NCBI GenBank assembly: GCA_019058365.1
Contig: JAHPZE010000004.1
Coordinates: 160,001-224,000 of the forward strand
Reading direction: 5' to 3'
DNA: 64,000 nucleotides
From: Promethearchaeota archaeon
GTDB taxonomy: Archaea > Asgardarchaeota > Lokiarchaeia > Sigyniarchaeales > SOKP01
A program made the position numbers and the translations under genes. Every line of letters starts with the position of its first letter. Position 1 is the first letter of the stretch. Positions 30,843 through 41,049 of the stretch are shown piece by piece. Below the pieces are notes generated by a model, which was not told where the DNA came from, made no database searches, and saw only the letters and a list, made by a program, of their open reading frames with translations.

Positions 30843-31265
30843 ATGACTGCAATTTTAAAAACATTTGATTTAAAGACAAAAGCATATTATGATGTAATTA
30901 ATATTACCGAGCAAGTTGAACATTGTATTAACAATAGTAATATCAATAACGGAATTGTAAATGTTCATGTAGCAGGATCCACAGGAGCAATTTCTACTGT
31001 AGAGTATGAACCAGGTCTGGTAAAATATGATATCAAAAATCTCTTAGAAAAGCTAATTCCATATGATGAACATTATAGTCATCACGAAACTTGGCATGAT
31101 TATAATGGAGCAGGACATTTAAGAAGTTTCTTAATAAAAACTTCTCAGGTATTTCCATTTAAAAATCAAAAGTTAATATTAGGAACGTGGCAACAGATAA
31201 TTTTCATCGAATGTGATGAAAAAGCGAGATCAAGAAAAATATATTGTATGATTGTTGGTGACTAA
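30843..31265 (+). CDS. YjbQ/UPF0047 family protein
   Basis: GSTGAI, NGAGHLRS, LGTWQQIIFIECD. Confidence 0.92.
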   Translation: MTAILKTFDLKTKAYYDVINITEQVEHCINNSNINNGIVNVHVAGSTGAISTVEYEPGLVKYDIKNLLEKLIPYDEHYSHHETWHDYNGAGHLRSFLIKTSQVFPFKNQKLILGTWQQIIFIECDEKARSRKIYCMIVGD

Positions 31266-31304
31266 GTATTCTTATAGAATTTAAAAAAATAAATAAAATT
31301 ATTT

Positions 31305-31535
31305 TTATTTAGATTTTGTGTTTTTTATTAAATTATCCAATTCTGATATTATTAATTGGTATTTGTCACGTATTCGAATTTTCTGGAATTTCTCTGTAAG
31401 ATCCATAACAGAGTTATCAAATTCCTTTACTTTTTCAGTAAAAACAGGGATTTTTTTCATTGTTTTATAAGTATTTGCTTTTAAACTTATCTGATACTCT
31501 AAATTTTCTAAAAATTTGTTTTCTTCTTTTATCAA
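31305..31535 (-). CDS. Small helical hypothetical protein
   Basis: 76-aa ORF, TTG start after ATGTGA; coiled-coil-like. Confidence 0.5.
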   Translation of the reverse strand: MIKEENKFLENLEYQISLKANTYKTMKKIPVFTEKVKEFDNSVMDLTEKFQKIRIRDKYQLIISELDNLIKNTKSK

Positions 31536-31608
31536 TCACATCATCTCTTTTATGAATTAAATCTTTGAGTAAAATCAGTTTGTTCGCTTTAAAAAATATA
31601 AATATCAT

Positions 31609-31764
31609 TTATGTGTCATCGAAATTTCTCTGTAATCGGTATTCTTTTAAGAAATTCTCCCAAGAAATTGAAATTATAAGCATAGGAGTAACATTTAGAT
31701 ACGATCTCGATATTATAGCAAGCAATATAGCTAATAATTCCAAGATTAAAATTGAAAAACTCAT
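31609..31764 (-). CDS. Possible 51-aa membrane peptide (not in the ORF track)
   Basis: ATG..TAA reading MSFSILILELLAILLAIISRSYLNVTPMLIISISWENFLKEYRLQRNFDDT, co-oriented with 31305..31535. Confidence 0.3.
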   Translation of the reverse strand: MSFSILILELLAILLAIISRSYLNVTPMLIISISWENFLKEYRLQRNFDDT

Positions 31765-31852
31765 TTTCGCATTCGCAGAAATTTAAATTTAAATGAATCT
31801 ATTATTTTATTAACTTCGATAAATTGCTTTAACGAATATGAGCTGAAAATTT

Positions 31853-32779
31853 TTGGAAGGTTTATTTTTAAAAATTGTAGTAAGTGGGCTTGATAATGCA
31901 GGTAAAACCTCAATCTTAACTGCACTTGATAAAAAGTATGATTTTGAAAAAGATATTGTACAACTTAAACCCACCATTAGAATAGAGTATCATAAGATGA
32001 ATTTTCTAAGAAGTAATACGGTAATCTGGGATATGGGAGGTCAAGAAACATATCGAGAGATTTATGTCAATTATCAAGATGTTTACTTTGATTCTACTGA
32101 TTTACTAATCTATGTAATAGATATTCAGGATCCAGATCGATTTAATAACTCACTTGAATACTTAAATGCAATTTTAAGCTTCTTTGAAAAGAGTGAAATG
32201 AACGTTCCGATAATAATAACATTTCATAAATACGATCCTGAGTTGAAAGCTAATGAAGAAATCCTTTTAAATATTGAAAAATTAAGAGAAAAAATATTAA
32301 ATAAATATCCTAATTTCAACATATTATTTCAGCAATCTTCTATTTATGATATAATTTCTATAGTCCAGTTAGTTTCATATGGGCTTTCTGTATTTGATAA
32401 AAAGTTTTTTCAACTTTCAGAATTATTAGAATACTATTTAGATATTTTTAAATGCCAAGCTTTAATTATATTCGATCGAAATGGTATTATCATTTCTGAA
32501 TATTATAGTGATATCAACCCTGAAGTATATGTTGAGTTGCTAGAATCCATCAAAGAACATCTCTTCTTACTTAAACGGATGGATGAGGAAAAGTATGAAG
32601 GAAATTTTGATTTTACATCAACTGAAGGTCCGCTCTTTTCATATTTATTAAGAAAGAAAATAAATAATGATATGTTTTTTGTGTCTGCAGTACTTAAAGA
32701 ACAAGATAAAGAAAATTTTTTTGAAAGCTTCCCAGAATTTCTTGAAAGTGTAACTCAGATTTTAAAAGAATTAATATAA
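31853..32779 (+). CDS. Arf/Rag-like small GTPase with C-terminal roadblock/longin-like domain
   Basis: GLDNAGKT, PT, WDMGGQ, FHKYD; C-terminal ALIIFDRNGIIISE. Confidence 0.88.
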   Translation: MEGLFLKIVVSGLDNAGKTSILTALDKKYDFEKDIVQLKPTIRIEYHKMNFLRSNTVIWDMGGQETYREIYVNYQDVYFDSTDLLIYVIDIQDPDRFNNSLEYLNAILSFFEKSEMNVPIIITFHKYDPELKANEEILLNIEKLREKILNKYPNFNILFQQSSIYDIISIVQLVSYGLSVFDKKFFQLSELLEYYLDIFKCQALIIFDRNGIIISEYYSDINPEVYVELLESIKEHLFLLKRMDEEKYEGNFDFTSTEGPLFSYLLRKKINNDMFFVSAVLKEQDKENFFESFPEFLESVTQILKELI

Positions 32780-32805
32780 ACCCAATTATAACAAGGAAAC
32801 TACCT

Positions 32806-33906
32806 TTAATCAATTTTTAGAAGGTTTCGAGCTTTATCTATTAATTTTTCTTTTTTTTTTCTATGATTTTTTATGAAATTTAAAACTTTCTCAACACATT
32901 CTTGTTTATGATCTCCACACATTAACTCACCCTTAACACACATTTCAAAGTCTTTAGCTAATTTTTCATCATCTTCTTCAAAGTGATACATTAGCATTTT
33001 ATAAACCATGCATTTTTGAGGTTCACCACCTAATTGCTTCTGCTCTTTCAAATTTCTTCTGCCTCCAGTGAGAGATCCTTTAACCTTCTTTTCAATTGAC
33101 TCAAGAGGCTCATTGAATGTAAAATAACTGTTAGGATTTCTCTTAGCCATTTTCTCTGAGCCATCAATTCCCGCTAATAAATAATGATAAGTTGCTCCCG
33201 GTAAAAACAACTTCTTATAATTTCTGCGTGTTAGATCTCTGGTAAGACGTAAATGAGGATCCTGATCTATCCCTACAGGCACTATTGTTGGTTGAGGCCC
33301 TTCTATAACTTGTGGGAGTATAATATCTCCTACTTGTATTAACGAAGATATATAAAGTCCAAATGTTCTTTCACCATAAATAGCATTTAGCATATTCTGG
33401 GTAACGAGCCTACTAACCTTAAAACAAATATCCTTTACTTTTGACTCTCTTGATTGTCTCCAAATATATGCTTTTTTTGGAGATGGATCCAACCCAAGAG
33501 CTAATATATCAGCTATATTATCTACTGCTGTATCTTCTGCTTTCTCCCATGGTATTCCATTATCTTCCCAACTTTCAATATCTGCAACTCCATAATATGC
33601 CTTTCCTCCCATTTTCTGAAACTCTACGATCTCCAATGCTGTAGTTGCTGTACCTAAGTGAAATGGTCCAGAAGGTTTAATTCCACTCATCACTGCCCAC
33701 GGTTGGCCTTTCTCTATAGCTTTATAAATAAGACCTAAATCACGATGACCAAAAATGATTTTTCTTCTAATAAAACGGTTTTTAATCATTTTTTGTCTAA
33801 TAACATCTGTGATTTCTTCGATCCCGAACTCTTTAATTAATCTAGCGTAATCATCTTCTTGGATTGCTGAAGCCCCCCATGGGTCTATTTTGAAATCCTC
33901 AGTCAT
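32806..33906 (-). CDS. trpS: Tryptophan--tRNA ligase (archaeal type)
   Basis: IDPWG, RRKIIFGHRD, SGIKPSG.FHLG, VPVGIDQDPHLRLTRD, TGGR, CG..K. Confidence 0.92.
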   Translation of the reverse strand: MTEDFKIDPWGASAIQEDDYARLIKEFGIEEITDVIRQKMIKNRFIRRKIIFGHRDLGLIYKAIEKGQPWAVMSGIKPSGPFHLGTATTALEIVEFQKMGGKAYYGVADIESWEDNGIPWEKAEDTAVDNIADILALGLDPSPKKAYIWRQSRESKVKDICFKVSRLVTQNMLNAIYGERTFGLYISSLIQVGDIILPQVIEGPQPTIVPVGIDQDPHLRLTRDLTRRNYKKLFLPGATYHYLLAGIDGSEKMAKRNPNSYFTFNEPLESIEKKVKGSLTGGRRNLKEQKQLGGEPQKCMVYKMLMYHFEEDDEKLAKDFEMCVKGELMCGDHKQECVEKVLNFIKNHRKKKEKLIDKARNLLKID

Positions 33907-34144
33907 GTTTTTCTACTACTGTTTATGTTTAATAATAATAGAAATACATATAATATAATAAATTTTGATTTCAATTCAACATAATAAGCAAGAATTTAAT
34001 CCAAAAACAATTAATTTGAGTTTTTTAAAAAATTTTCAACGAAAACTAGATTTTAAATTAAATTTTTATAAAATTTTATATATTTCTCAAAATAAAATAT
34101 ATTGATCTTAATAAATCTCATAATTTTATTTGGATTGATCTTTA

Positions 34145-34603
34145 ATGAAGAGAGAGAAAGTTCTAGATGAAATTGACAAACAAATCATCCGTATACTTCA
34201 AGATAATGCTAGAACTTCTTATAGGGAAATTCAAGATAAATTAGGAATCTCAATTGGAACTATACATAATCGAATTACTAAATTAAAAAAGACCGGTGTA
34301 ATAGAAGGTTACACACTCAGACTCAATAACGAAAAACTCGGCTATAAATTAACCTTTTTAATAAGAATCGACGTAGATGGAAAATTTACTGAGGAAATAT
34401 TAAATGATATCGCTAAAAAACCTGAGGTTTGTAGTGTTTTTCACACAACTGGGGAACAATCAGCAGCTTTGATTTGTAGATTTAAAGAGTCTGAAGATGT
34501 TCACGCATTTATTCGAGATTTGAATAAAAAGGAGTATGTAACCCGTACAAATTCAAATATGATTTTAAAAGAGTATAAGAACACTTCTTTTATTGAAATT
34601 TAA
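34145..34603 (+). CDS. Lrp/AsnC family transcriptional regulator
   Basis: LDEIDKQIIRILQDNARTS HTH, C-terminal RAM domain (TTGE). Confidence 0.93.
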   Translation: MKREKVLDEIDKQIIRILQDNARTSYREIQDKLGISIGTIHNRITKLKKTGVIEGYTLRLNNEKLGYKLTFLIRIDVDGKFTEEILNDIAKKPEVCSVFHTTGEQSAALICRFKESEDVHAFIRDLNKKEYVTRTNSNMILKEYKNTSFIEI

Positions 34604-34704
34604 AATCAAATAAAATTAGTTACTATCCAATTTGATAAAATTTTTATGACATAGAGATCTATATAAATAATAATTCAAATTTCATAAAAAAAAGTGCAAT
34701 TAAA

Positions 34705-36294
34705 ATGTCAAATGTACCAATTATAATACTTAAGGAAGGAACAGAGGAAGTACGTGAAAAAGAAGCTCGAAAACAGAATATTACTGCAATGGTTGCAATT
34801 GCAGAAACCGTACGATCCACTTTAGGTCCTAGAGGAATGTCAAAAATGCTTGTTGATTCTCTGGGTGATGTTACAATTACTAATGATGGAGCCGAAATTT
34901 TAAAGAACCTCGACATCGAAAATATAGCTGCAAATATGATGGTTAATGTCGCAAAATCAATTGATGAAGATATCGGTGATGGCACAACTTCTGCTGTAAT
35001 ATTTTCTGCTACTTTATTAAACAACGCTTTAGAATTGATTGAGCAAGGGATTCATCCGAGACCTATTACTCATGGATATAAGCTAGCAGCTGATAAAGCA
35101 CTTTCAATTATTAAAGAAATATCAATTAAAATTTCAAGCGACGATGATGAGGTTCTTAAAAATGCTGCAAAAACAGCTATGAATTCTAAGGAGATTGCTC
35201 CCTTAAAGGATTTTTTTGCAGATTTAGCCCTAAAGGCAATAAAACAGATAGCAGATGAGAAAGGGAATAATTTTGCAAAAGTAAGCAACGTTAAAATTGT
35301 TAAAGCATCGGGGAAATCCCTAAAAGATACTGAATTAATTAACGGAGTATACACTCAAAAAGAAAAAGTAAATGCTATGATGCCTGTTTCTATAAAAGAT
35401 GCTAAAATTGCGGTTATTAGAAGAAAATTAGATGTAAAAAAGACAGAATTTGACGCTCAAGTTCGTATTTCTAGCCCTTCTGAAATTCAAAAATTTCTTA
35501 ATCAAGAAGATAAAATTCTCTTAGATTATTTAAAAATCTTTAAAAATTTAGGAGTAAATATGATTGTAAACAGTAGCGATATCTCTGACAAATTCGGTGC
35601 TTATTTAGCAAAAGAAGGGATTGCTGCTATAAAAAGTGTTGGTGAAAGCGATTACAAGTCAATATTAAAGGCTGTTGGTGCAAAACTTGTAGATGATTTA
35701 ACTTCACTTTCAATAGATGATTTAGGATTTGCAGAAAGAATCCATTTTGAAAAACTTGGTGATGACGAATATACTTTATTTACAGGATGTAAAAATCCTA
35801 AATCTGTGTCTATTTTGATCAAAGGTGGTTTAGATAAGATTCTTAGTACTGCTGAAGTCTCTTTAAACGATGTATTATCAGTTATAGCTAAAATATCAGA
35901 CACTAAGACTGTAGTAGCTGGGGGAGGTGCAATATATATCGAACTTGCTAAAAGAATAAGAGCTTATGCAAACGAAATTGGCGGAAAAGAACAACTTGCC
36001 GTGAATGCGTTTGCCTTAGCACTCGAAGAAATCCCTAAAACTTTAATCAAAAATGCTGGATTAGAAGAAATTGAAAAGTTAACTGAATTAAGAGCAGCAC
36101 ATAAAACTGATGATGATAAATGGATAGGAATCGATACGATTACAAATACTATTGGAGATAATTATAAAAAGGGAATTGTCGAACCCGCCGAATTGATAAA
36201 TCATATTATAAAATCTGGTAGTGAGTTAGCGAATCTTATCTTAAGAGTAGACAGAATCATAAGTGCAAAGGGTAGTAAACCTGAAGGGTTATAA
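34705..36294 (+). CDS. Thermosome (group II chaperonin) subunit
   Basis: STLGPRGM.KMLVD, TITNDG, GDGTT, VAGGGA, ILRVD. Confidence 0.96.
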   Translation: MSNVPIIILKEGTEEVREKEARKQNITAMVAIAETVRSTLGPRGMSKMLVDSLGDVTITNDGAEILKNLDIENIAANMMVNVAKSIDEDIGDGTTSAVIFSATLLNNALELIEQGIHPRPITHGYKLAADKALSIIKEISIKISSDDDEVLKNAAKTAMNSKEIAPLKDFFADLALKAIKQIADEKGNNFAKVSNVKIVKASGKSLKDTELINGVYTQKEKVNAMMPVSIKDAKIAVIRRKLDVKKTEFDAQVRISSPSEIQKFLNQEDKILLDYLKIFKNLGVNMIVNSSDISDKFGAYLAKEGIAAIKSVGESDYKSILKAVGAKLVDDLTSLSIDDLGFAERIHFEKLGDDEYTLFTGCKNPKSVSILIKGGLDKILSTAEVSLNDVLSVIAKISDTKTVVAGGGAIYIELAKRIRAYANEIGGKEQLAVNAFALALEEIPKTLIKNAGLEEIEKLTELRAAHKTDDDKWIGIDTITNTIGDNYKKGIVEPAELINHIIKSGSELANLILRVDRIISAKGSKPEGL

Positions 36295-36519
36295 TAGTTA
36301 AAACAATTCTATTTTATTTCTTTTTTTTAATTATATTTTAATAAATCTTATTTAAGTTTTTCAAAATTTTTAAGATTAAATATTCTCAAACTATAAATAT
36401 CGGCTTGGAAATCTGAAAGTATAAAAAAAGTAAAATTAAAAAAACTCAGAACTTTTCCTATAACACATCTATAATCATTATTAATTGATTCTATAATAAA
36501 AATAGCTGAAAAAATTAAA

Positions 36520-38397
36520 ATGGAAGTTATCGATAAAAATAACTTTGATAAATTAATTGCTCTCAATAATAGTCACGTCGTAAAAGTTATAGATGAGTTT
36601 GTTACTAAATGCAAACCCTCTAAGGTTACAGTTATAACAGATTCAAAAGAAGATATTGACTACGTAAGAAATAGAGCTGTCGAGCTTGGTGAAGAAGCGA
36701 GATTAAATCTGAAAGGACATACAATACATTACGATGGGTTTTTTACAATGACTAATCATGATCAAGCTAGAGACAAAGAGAATACTCAAGTATTAGTACC
36801 CAAAGGACAAAAAGATTCATATCCTTGGATAAATACTATGGAAAGAGAAAAAGGATTAATGGAAATTATGGAAATTATGGATGGTTGCATGAAAGGTCAT
36901 GAGTGTGTAATTCGGTTTTTCTGCTTAGGGCCAAAAAGTTCGAAATTTTCAATACTTGCACTTCAATTAACAGATTCGTTTTATGTTGCCCATTCAGAAG
37001 ATCTTCTTTATAGAGCAGGCTACGAGGAATTCAAAACATTAAATGGATCCGATGATTTTTTTTATTTTATTCATTCTTCCGGAGAATTAACTGGTGATCC
37101 TCCAGTTACTAAAAATCTCGATAAAAGGAGGGTTTATATAGATTTGAAAGAAGGACGTGTGCTTTCAGTAAATAATCAATATGCAGGAAATTCACTTGGA
37201 TTAAAAAAACTCGCTTTACGTTTAGGTATATATAAAGCTAATAATGAAGATTGGCTAACAGAGCATTATTTTATAATGGGGGTTCATCCAAAAGCAAAAA
37301 GCAGAGTTTCATATTTCTGTGGTGCGTTTCCTTCTGCTTGTGGCAAAACTAGCACCGCAATGTTACCTGGACAAACTATAGTTGGAGATGATATAGCTTA
37401 TCTTCGAATTTGGGAAGATGGTTATGCTCATTCGGTAAACATTGAGAGGGGCATTTTTGGAATTATCAAAGATGTAAATGCTGAAGATGATCCTGTAATA
37501 TTTGACGCTTTAACAACCCCTAGAGAAACTATTTTTTCTAATGTGCTTGTTAAAGATGGAACCCCTTATTGGATTGGAGATGGAAGAGCAATCCCAGATG
37601 AAGGATTTAATTTTTCAGGTAATTGGAATAAAGGAAAGAAGGATATTGATGGGAAAGAAATACCTCTTGCTCATCCAAATGCTCGATACACAATCCGTAT
37701 TGAAGAATTGAATAACGTCGATCCGAATCTCCATAATCCAGATGGAGTATCAGTGCATGGCATACTTTATGGAGGCCGTGACAGTGATACAATGCCCCCA
37801 GTAATTGAAAGTCTTGACTGGGAACATGGAGTTTTCTTAGGGGCTTCTATTGAATCAGAAACTACCTCTGCAACCCTAGGAGCAGAAGGTGTTAGACAAG
37901 CAAATCCTATGGCTAATCTTGATTTCTTAGTCTTAAGTTTAGGAAAATATTTAAAAAACCACCAAAAATTTGGAAACCAATTAGATCATTGCCCTAAAGT
38001 GTTTGCAACTAATTACTTTCTTAAAAATAAAGAAGGAAAATATTTAAATGGTATCTTAGATAAGTTATGTTGGGTAATTTGGGCAGAAGGTCGTGTTCAT
38101 AATGATTATGAGGCAATAGAGACACCTATTGGTTATATCCCTATATATTTAGATTTAAAAACACTTTTTAAACAATATCTTCAGAAAGAATATACAGAGG
38201 AAGATTATGTAAAACAATTTTCTATTAAACCTAATAAGCTTCTCGATAAATTAGATCGTATTGAAACAATGTATAAAAAAGAAAAGGATGTACCTAAATT
38301 TTTCTGGAATTTACATAAAAACCTACGAATAAATTTAAAAAATTTGCAAAAAGAATATCCTATGGAAGAAATATCTCCTATATCATTAAAAAAATAG
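36520..38397 (+). CDS. pckG: Phosphoenolpyruvate carboxykinase (GTP)
   Basis: YAGNSLGLKK, WLTEH, AFPSACGKT, VGDDIA, HPNAR, YGGRD. Confidence 0.95.
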   Translation: MEVIDKNNFDKLIALNNSHVVKVIDEFVTKCKPSKVTVITDSKEDIDYVRNRAVELGEEARLNLKGHTIHYDGFFTMTNHDQARDKENTQVLVPKGQKDSYPWINTMEREKGLMEIMEIMDGCMKGHECVIRFFCLGPKSSKFSILALQLTDSFYVAHSEDLLYRAGYEEFKTLNGSDDFFYFIHSSGELTGDPPVTKNLDKRRVYIDLKEGRVLSVNNQYAGNSLGLKKLALRLGIYKANNEDWLTEHYFIMGVHPKAKSRVSYFCGAFPSACGKTSTAMLPGQTIVGDDIAYLRIWEDGYAHSVNIERGIFGIIKDVNAEDDPVIFDALTTPRETIFSNVLVKDGTPYWIGDGRAIPDEGFNFSGNWNKGKKDIDGKEIPLAHPNARYTIRIEELNNVDPNLHNPDGVSVHGILYGGRDSDTMPPVIESLDWEHGVFLGASIESETTSATLGAEGVRQANPMANLDFLVLSLGKYLKNHQKFGNQLDHCPKVFATNYFLKNKEGKYLNGILDKLCWVIWAEGRVHNDYEAIETPIGYIPIYLDLKTLFKQYLQKEYTEEDYVKQFSIKPNKLLDKLDRIETMYKKEKDVPKFFWNLHKNLRINLKNLQKEYPMEEISPISLKK

Positions 38398-38414
38398 ACT
38401 TACTTTAAAATCAA

Positions 38415-39095
38415 TTAAACCAAATATTTTAACCCACTTCTTACTTTAAATACCTTTTTAATTCTATCCACTTCAATAAATCTTTTAATCTCTAAATTAT
38501 TTAAAAAATCTCGCATTTGAACATTATCCTTTTTTAATTCTTGTGCTAAACCTTCAATATCATTTTCATATGCCCGAAGTGTTTGAAGTAATGATGAATA
38601 TTCTTCATAAATATGATTTACTAAATAAGTAACCGATTCTTTTATGTTCATTCCGGATTTTGCACTTGTAGGAAAGATTTTACTATCTTCAGGTAAATAA
38701 TTTTGAGCTTGGATCACTTCTGGTGGTCGTGCGCCTTCAATATCCTGCTTGTTTGCCACAAATGTTATCGGAGTATTAGGAGGTAATAACTTGCGAATAG
38801 AATTTAATATTACAATTGCACTATCATCTTTTTCTGGAGCAGCAGCATCAAAAATAAAAATTATCCCATCAGAACCAGTGGTGACTATGCTTCTCATTAT
38901 TGAGAATCTTAAAAGACCTGGAGTACCAAATAAGTAGCAATCAAATCCATTTAACTTTACGCTCCCAAGATCCATCCCAACTGTATAAAATTTTTCGTCC
39001 TTTCCTTTTGCTTCAACATTCAAAGCATTTGGATCTAACGCTTTAATGTAACTTGATTTACCAGATTGTAACGGACCAGATACCAGTATTTTTAT
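38415..39095 (-). CDS. Small P-loop GTPase (MglA/GPN-like) with C-terminal wHTH-like tail; start extended upstream of the ORF track
   Basis: The frame stays open upstream of 39023 and encodes IKILVSGPLQSGKSS (G1); then TVGMD, FGTPG, ANKQD, TSAK. Confidence 0.85.
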   Translation of the reverse strand: MKILVSGPLQSGKSSYIKALDPNALNVEAKGKDEKFYTVGMDLGSVKLNGFDCYLFGTPGLLRFSIMRSIVTTGSDGIIFIFDAAAPEKDDSAIVILNSIRKLLPPNTPITFVANKQDIEGARPPEVIQAQNYLPEDSKIFPTSAKSGMNIKESVTYLVNHIYEEYSSLLQTLRAYENDIEGLAQELKKDNVQMRDFLNNLEIKRFIEVDRIKKVFKVRSGLKYLV

Positions 39096-39401
39096 TGTTA
39101 TTTCACCAATTTTTTAATGATGCAATTGAAACTTGAATTTACTTTTCTTATTCATATATTTAAAAGGATAGTATATTTGGATAATATATTTTATTATTTA
39201 TTAAATAGTTAATTTGTGGTTTAATTATTAATATCTTATTATTCATATCAAGTTTTCGTAATCACTTGAGAAAAATAATTTCTAATTAAATAGCCAATTT
39301 TTCTCCGAAGCTTTAAATTTTAAATAAAATTTTTCAAATTTTCTTTCCAATGATATTTGGAATATTTGTATTTCTACGTATAAAATAAACGTTTAATTCT
39401 A

Positions 39402-40541
39402 TCAAATTACTTTTCTTACTTCAAAATTTTCAGCTCTTTTTATTTTTTTTTTACTAAAACTAATAACCTGCGCTAAAATTTTTGATTTTTCTACTGAAGT
39501 ATTTAATTCATTTGGTTCAAAAATATATCCTTTATTTTGAGCGAGATTATAGATTTTTTCTCCTGTTTTTGTTCTAATCATAACTGTTGTATAACCAGTT
39601 TGAGAACCCAAACCTCCAAAAGAAATATCAGCAAAATAATTCGAAAAATTTTCACAAACTCTGCACGCGTGTCTCATAATGTCTCTAAGGTCAGAAAATT
39701 CGATTCTTAAAGGATTTTCTTTATTTCTTAGATTAATTATCAAATTGTTTTTAATATTTATCTTCTCAATGTCCTTAAAAGAAAAGTTGAACCTCTCTTC
39801 AATTCTCGCTCTAGCAACATCATCAAATTTAAAATTCTCGTAACAAAATAAACCTAAAGTATACTTAACAATATGAGCAGGAATAATATTTAGTTCTTGC
39901 ATTTTTCTTATGGAGTGAATCTGACAGGGAACTCCAACCACAGCAATTTTCATATAATCTGAATCAGTAACTTTTTTTAATTCAGAAATAGTTGAAACAA
40001 AGGTATTATAATTGCCTAATTCTGGAATAGGACCTTTTAAATCGTAATTTGTACCTGCAGCTTCAAGAATTTCTTCCTTGGTTTTAGCAAAAAAAGGTAT
40101 CCTCTGAAAAGAACTAATTCTTTTTGATATAAGTGCGCCATTTATTAAATTATTATCTAAAAGAGCAATTAAAATAGCTGTCACAATACCTCCATCAGTA
40201 GCTACTTCCCGAATTTTTGGATCTTTTGCTTGAGCTGTTACAATTTTAACCCAATTTCCAATTGGGGGTTTAAAATCGAATCTCTTGTTTAATTCGTTTC
40301 TCAATTCAAAAGTTTCAGGACAAATTAAATAGCATATTCCACAATGTAAACAATTTTCTTTATTAAAATAATGAGGTGGTCCAACTTCTGTCATTTCAAT
40401 TGCTCCAATATCTGCTGCGGTACAAAAACTTACACAACCCCCGCATTCTCCACATATATCTTTTTCATGAATATCTTTAATGAGATCTTCAAAAGATTTA
40501 GGCATGATATCACTCATTTTTAATGTAGGATCTTCAGACAT
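39402..40541 (-). CDS. FrhB/FdhB-family coenzyme F420-binding flavoprotein with 2x4Fe-4S domain
   Basis: CGECGGCVSFC, CLHCGICYLICP, ATDGGIVT, VVGVPCQ, GLFCYENF, ACRVC..ADISFG. Confidence 0.9.
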   Translation of the reverse strand: MSEDPTLKMSDIMPKSFEDLIKDIHEKDICGECGGCVSFCTAADIGAIEMTEVGPPHYFNKENCLHCGICYLICPETFELRNELNKRFDFKPPIGNWVKIVTAQAKDPKIREVATDGGIVTAILIALLDNNLINGALISKRISSFQRIPFFAKTKEEILEAAGTNYDLKGPIPELGNYNTFVSTISELKKVTDSDYMKIAVVGVPCQIHSIRKMQELNIIPAHIVKYTLGLFCYENFKFDDVARARIEERFNFSFKDIEKINIKNNLIINLRNKENPLRIEFSDLRDIMRHACRVCENFSNYFADISFGGLGSQTGYTTVMIRTKTGEKIYNLAQNKGYIFEPNELNTSVEKSKILAQVISFSKKKIKRAENFEVRKVI

Positions 40542-40847
40542 ACAAATTTACCTTTTCTTTTCTTTCAAAAGTTAATTAATAATTCTATAATATTTTCCAA
40601 CATTATAATTTTTGTTAATAAAAATATATCAAAATGACTTAAATCGTATATTTTTTACTATATAAATATAGGAATTTGAACTATATTTCCCGATTCAATA
40701 ATTTTATATCAAAAATTATTTTTGTAAAAAATAACAAGTTTTTACAATATTTTGAATTAATATTCAAAATTGATAATTTTAAAAGTTAAAAAATTTATAA
40801 ATTAATACTTTTTTCTTACTAATTTTTCAAAAAGATAAATGAAAATG

Positions 40848-40916
40848 TCGGAAATTTTAAAAAATGTTATATATTTCCGAAACCGTATAAAATCTTTAAA
40901 TACGAAGATCGATCTT
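40848..40916. promoter_or_regulatory. Putative operator/promoter of the hdr-metVF operon
   Basis: Inverted repeat TCGGAAAT-N17-ATTTCCGA (40848-40880), TATA-like CTTTAAATA (40894-40902), perfect palindrome AAGATCGATCTT (40905-40916). Confidence 0.5.
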
Positions 40917-41049
40917 AATTATAATATTGGAAAAAATTATTGTAATCCTTAAAAATATAATAAATATATTATTAAAAATATCAATATTAATAAAATAGAT
41001 AATTAGTTTCTAAAACATAATATATTAATTAGCTTATGGGGTATAAATT

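Noticed and set aside
31565-31786. 73-aa plus-strand ORF
   Set aside because: No motif, TTG start; an alternative minus-strand 51-aa ORF fits at least as well
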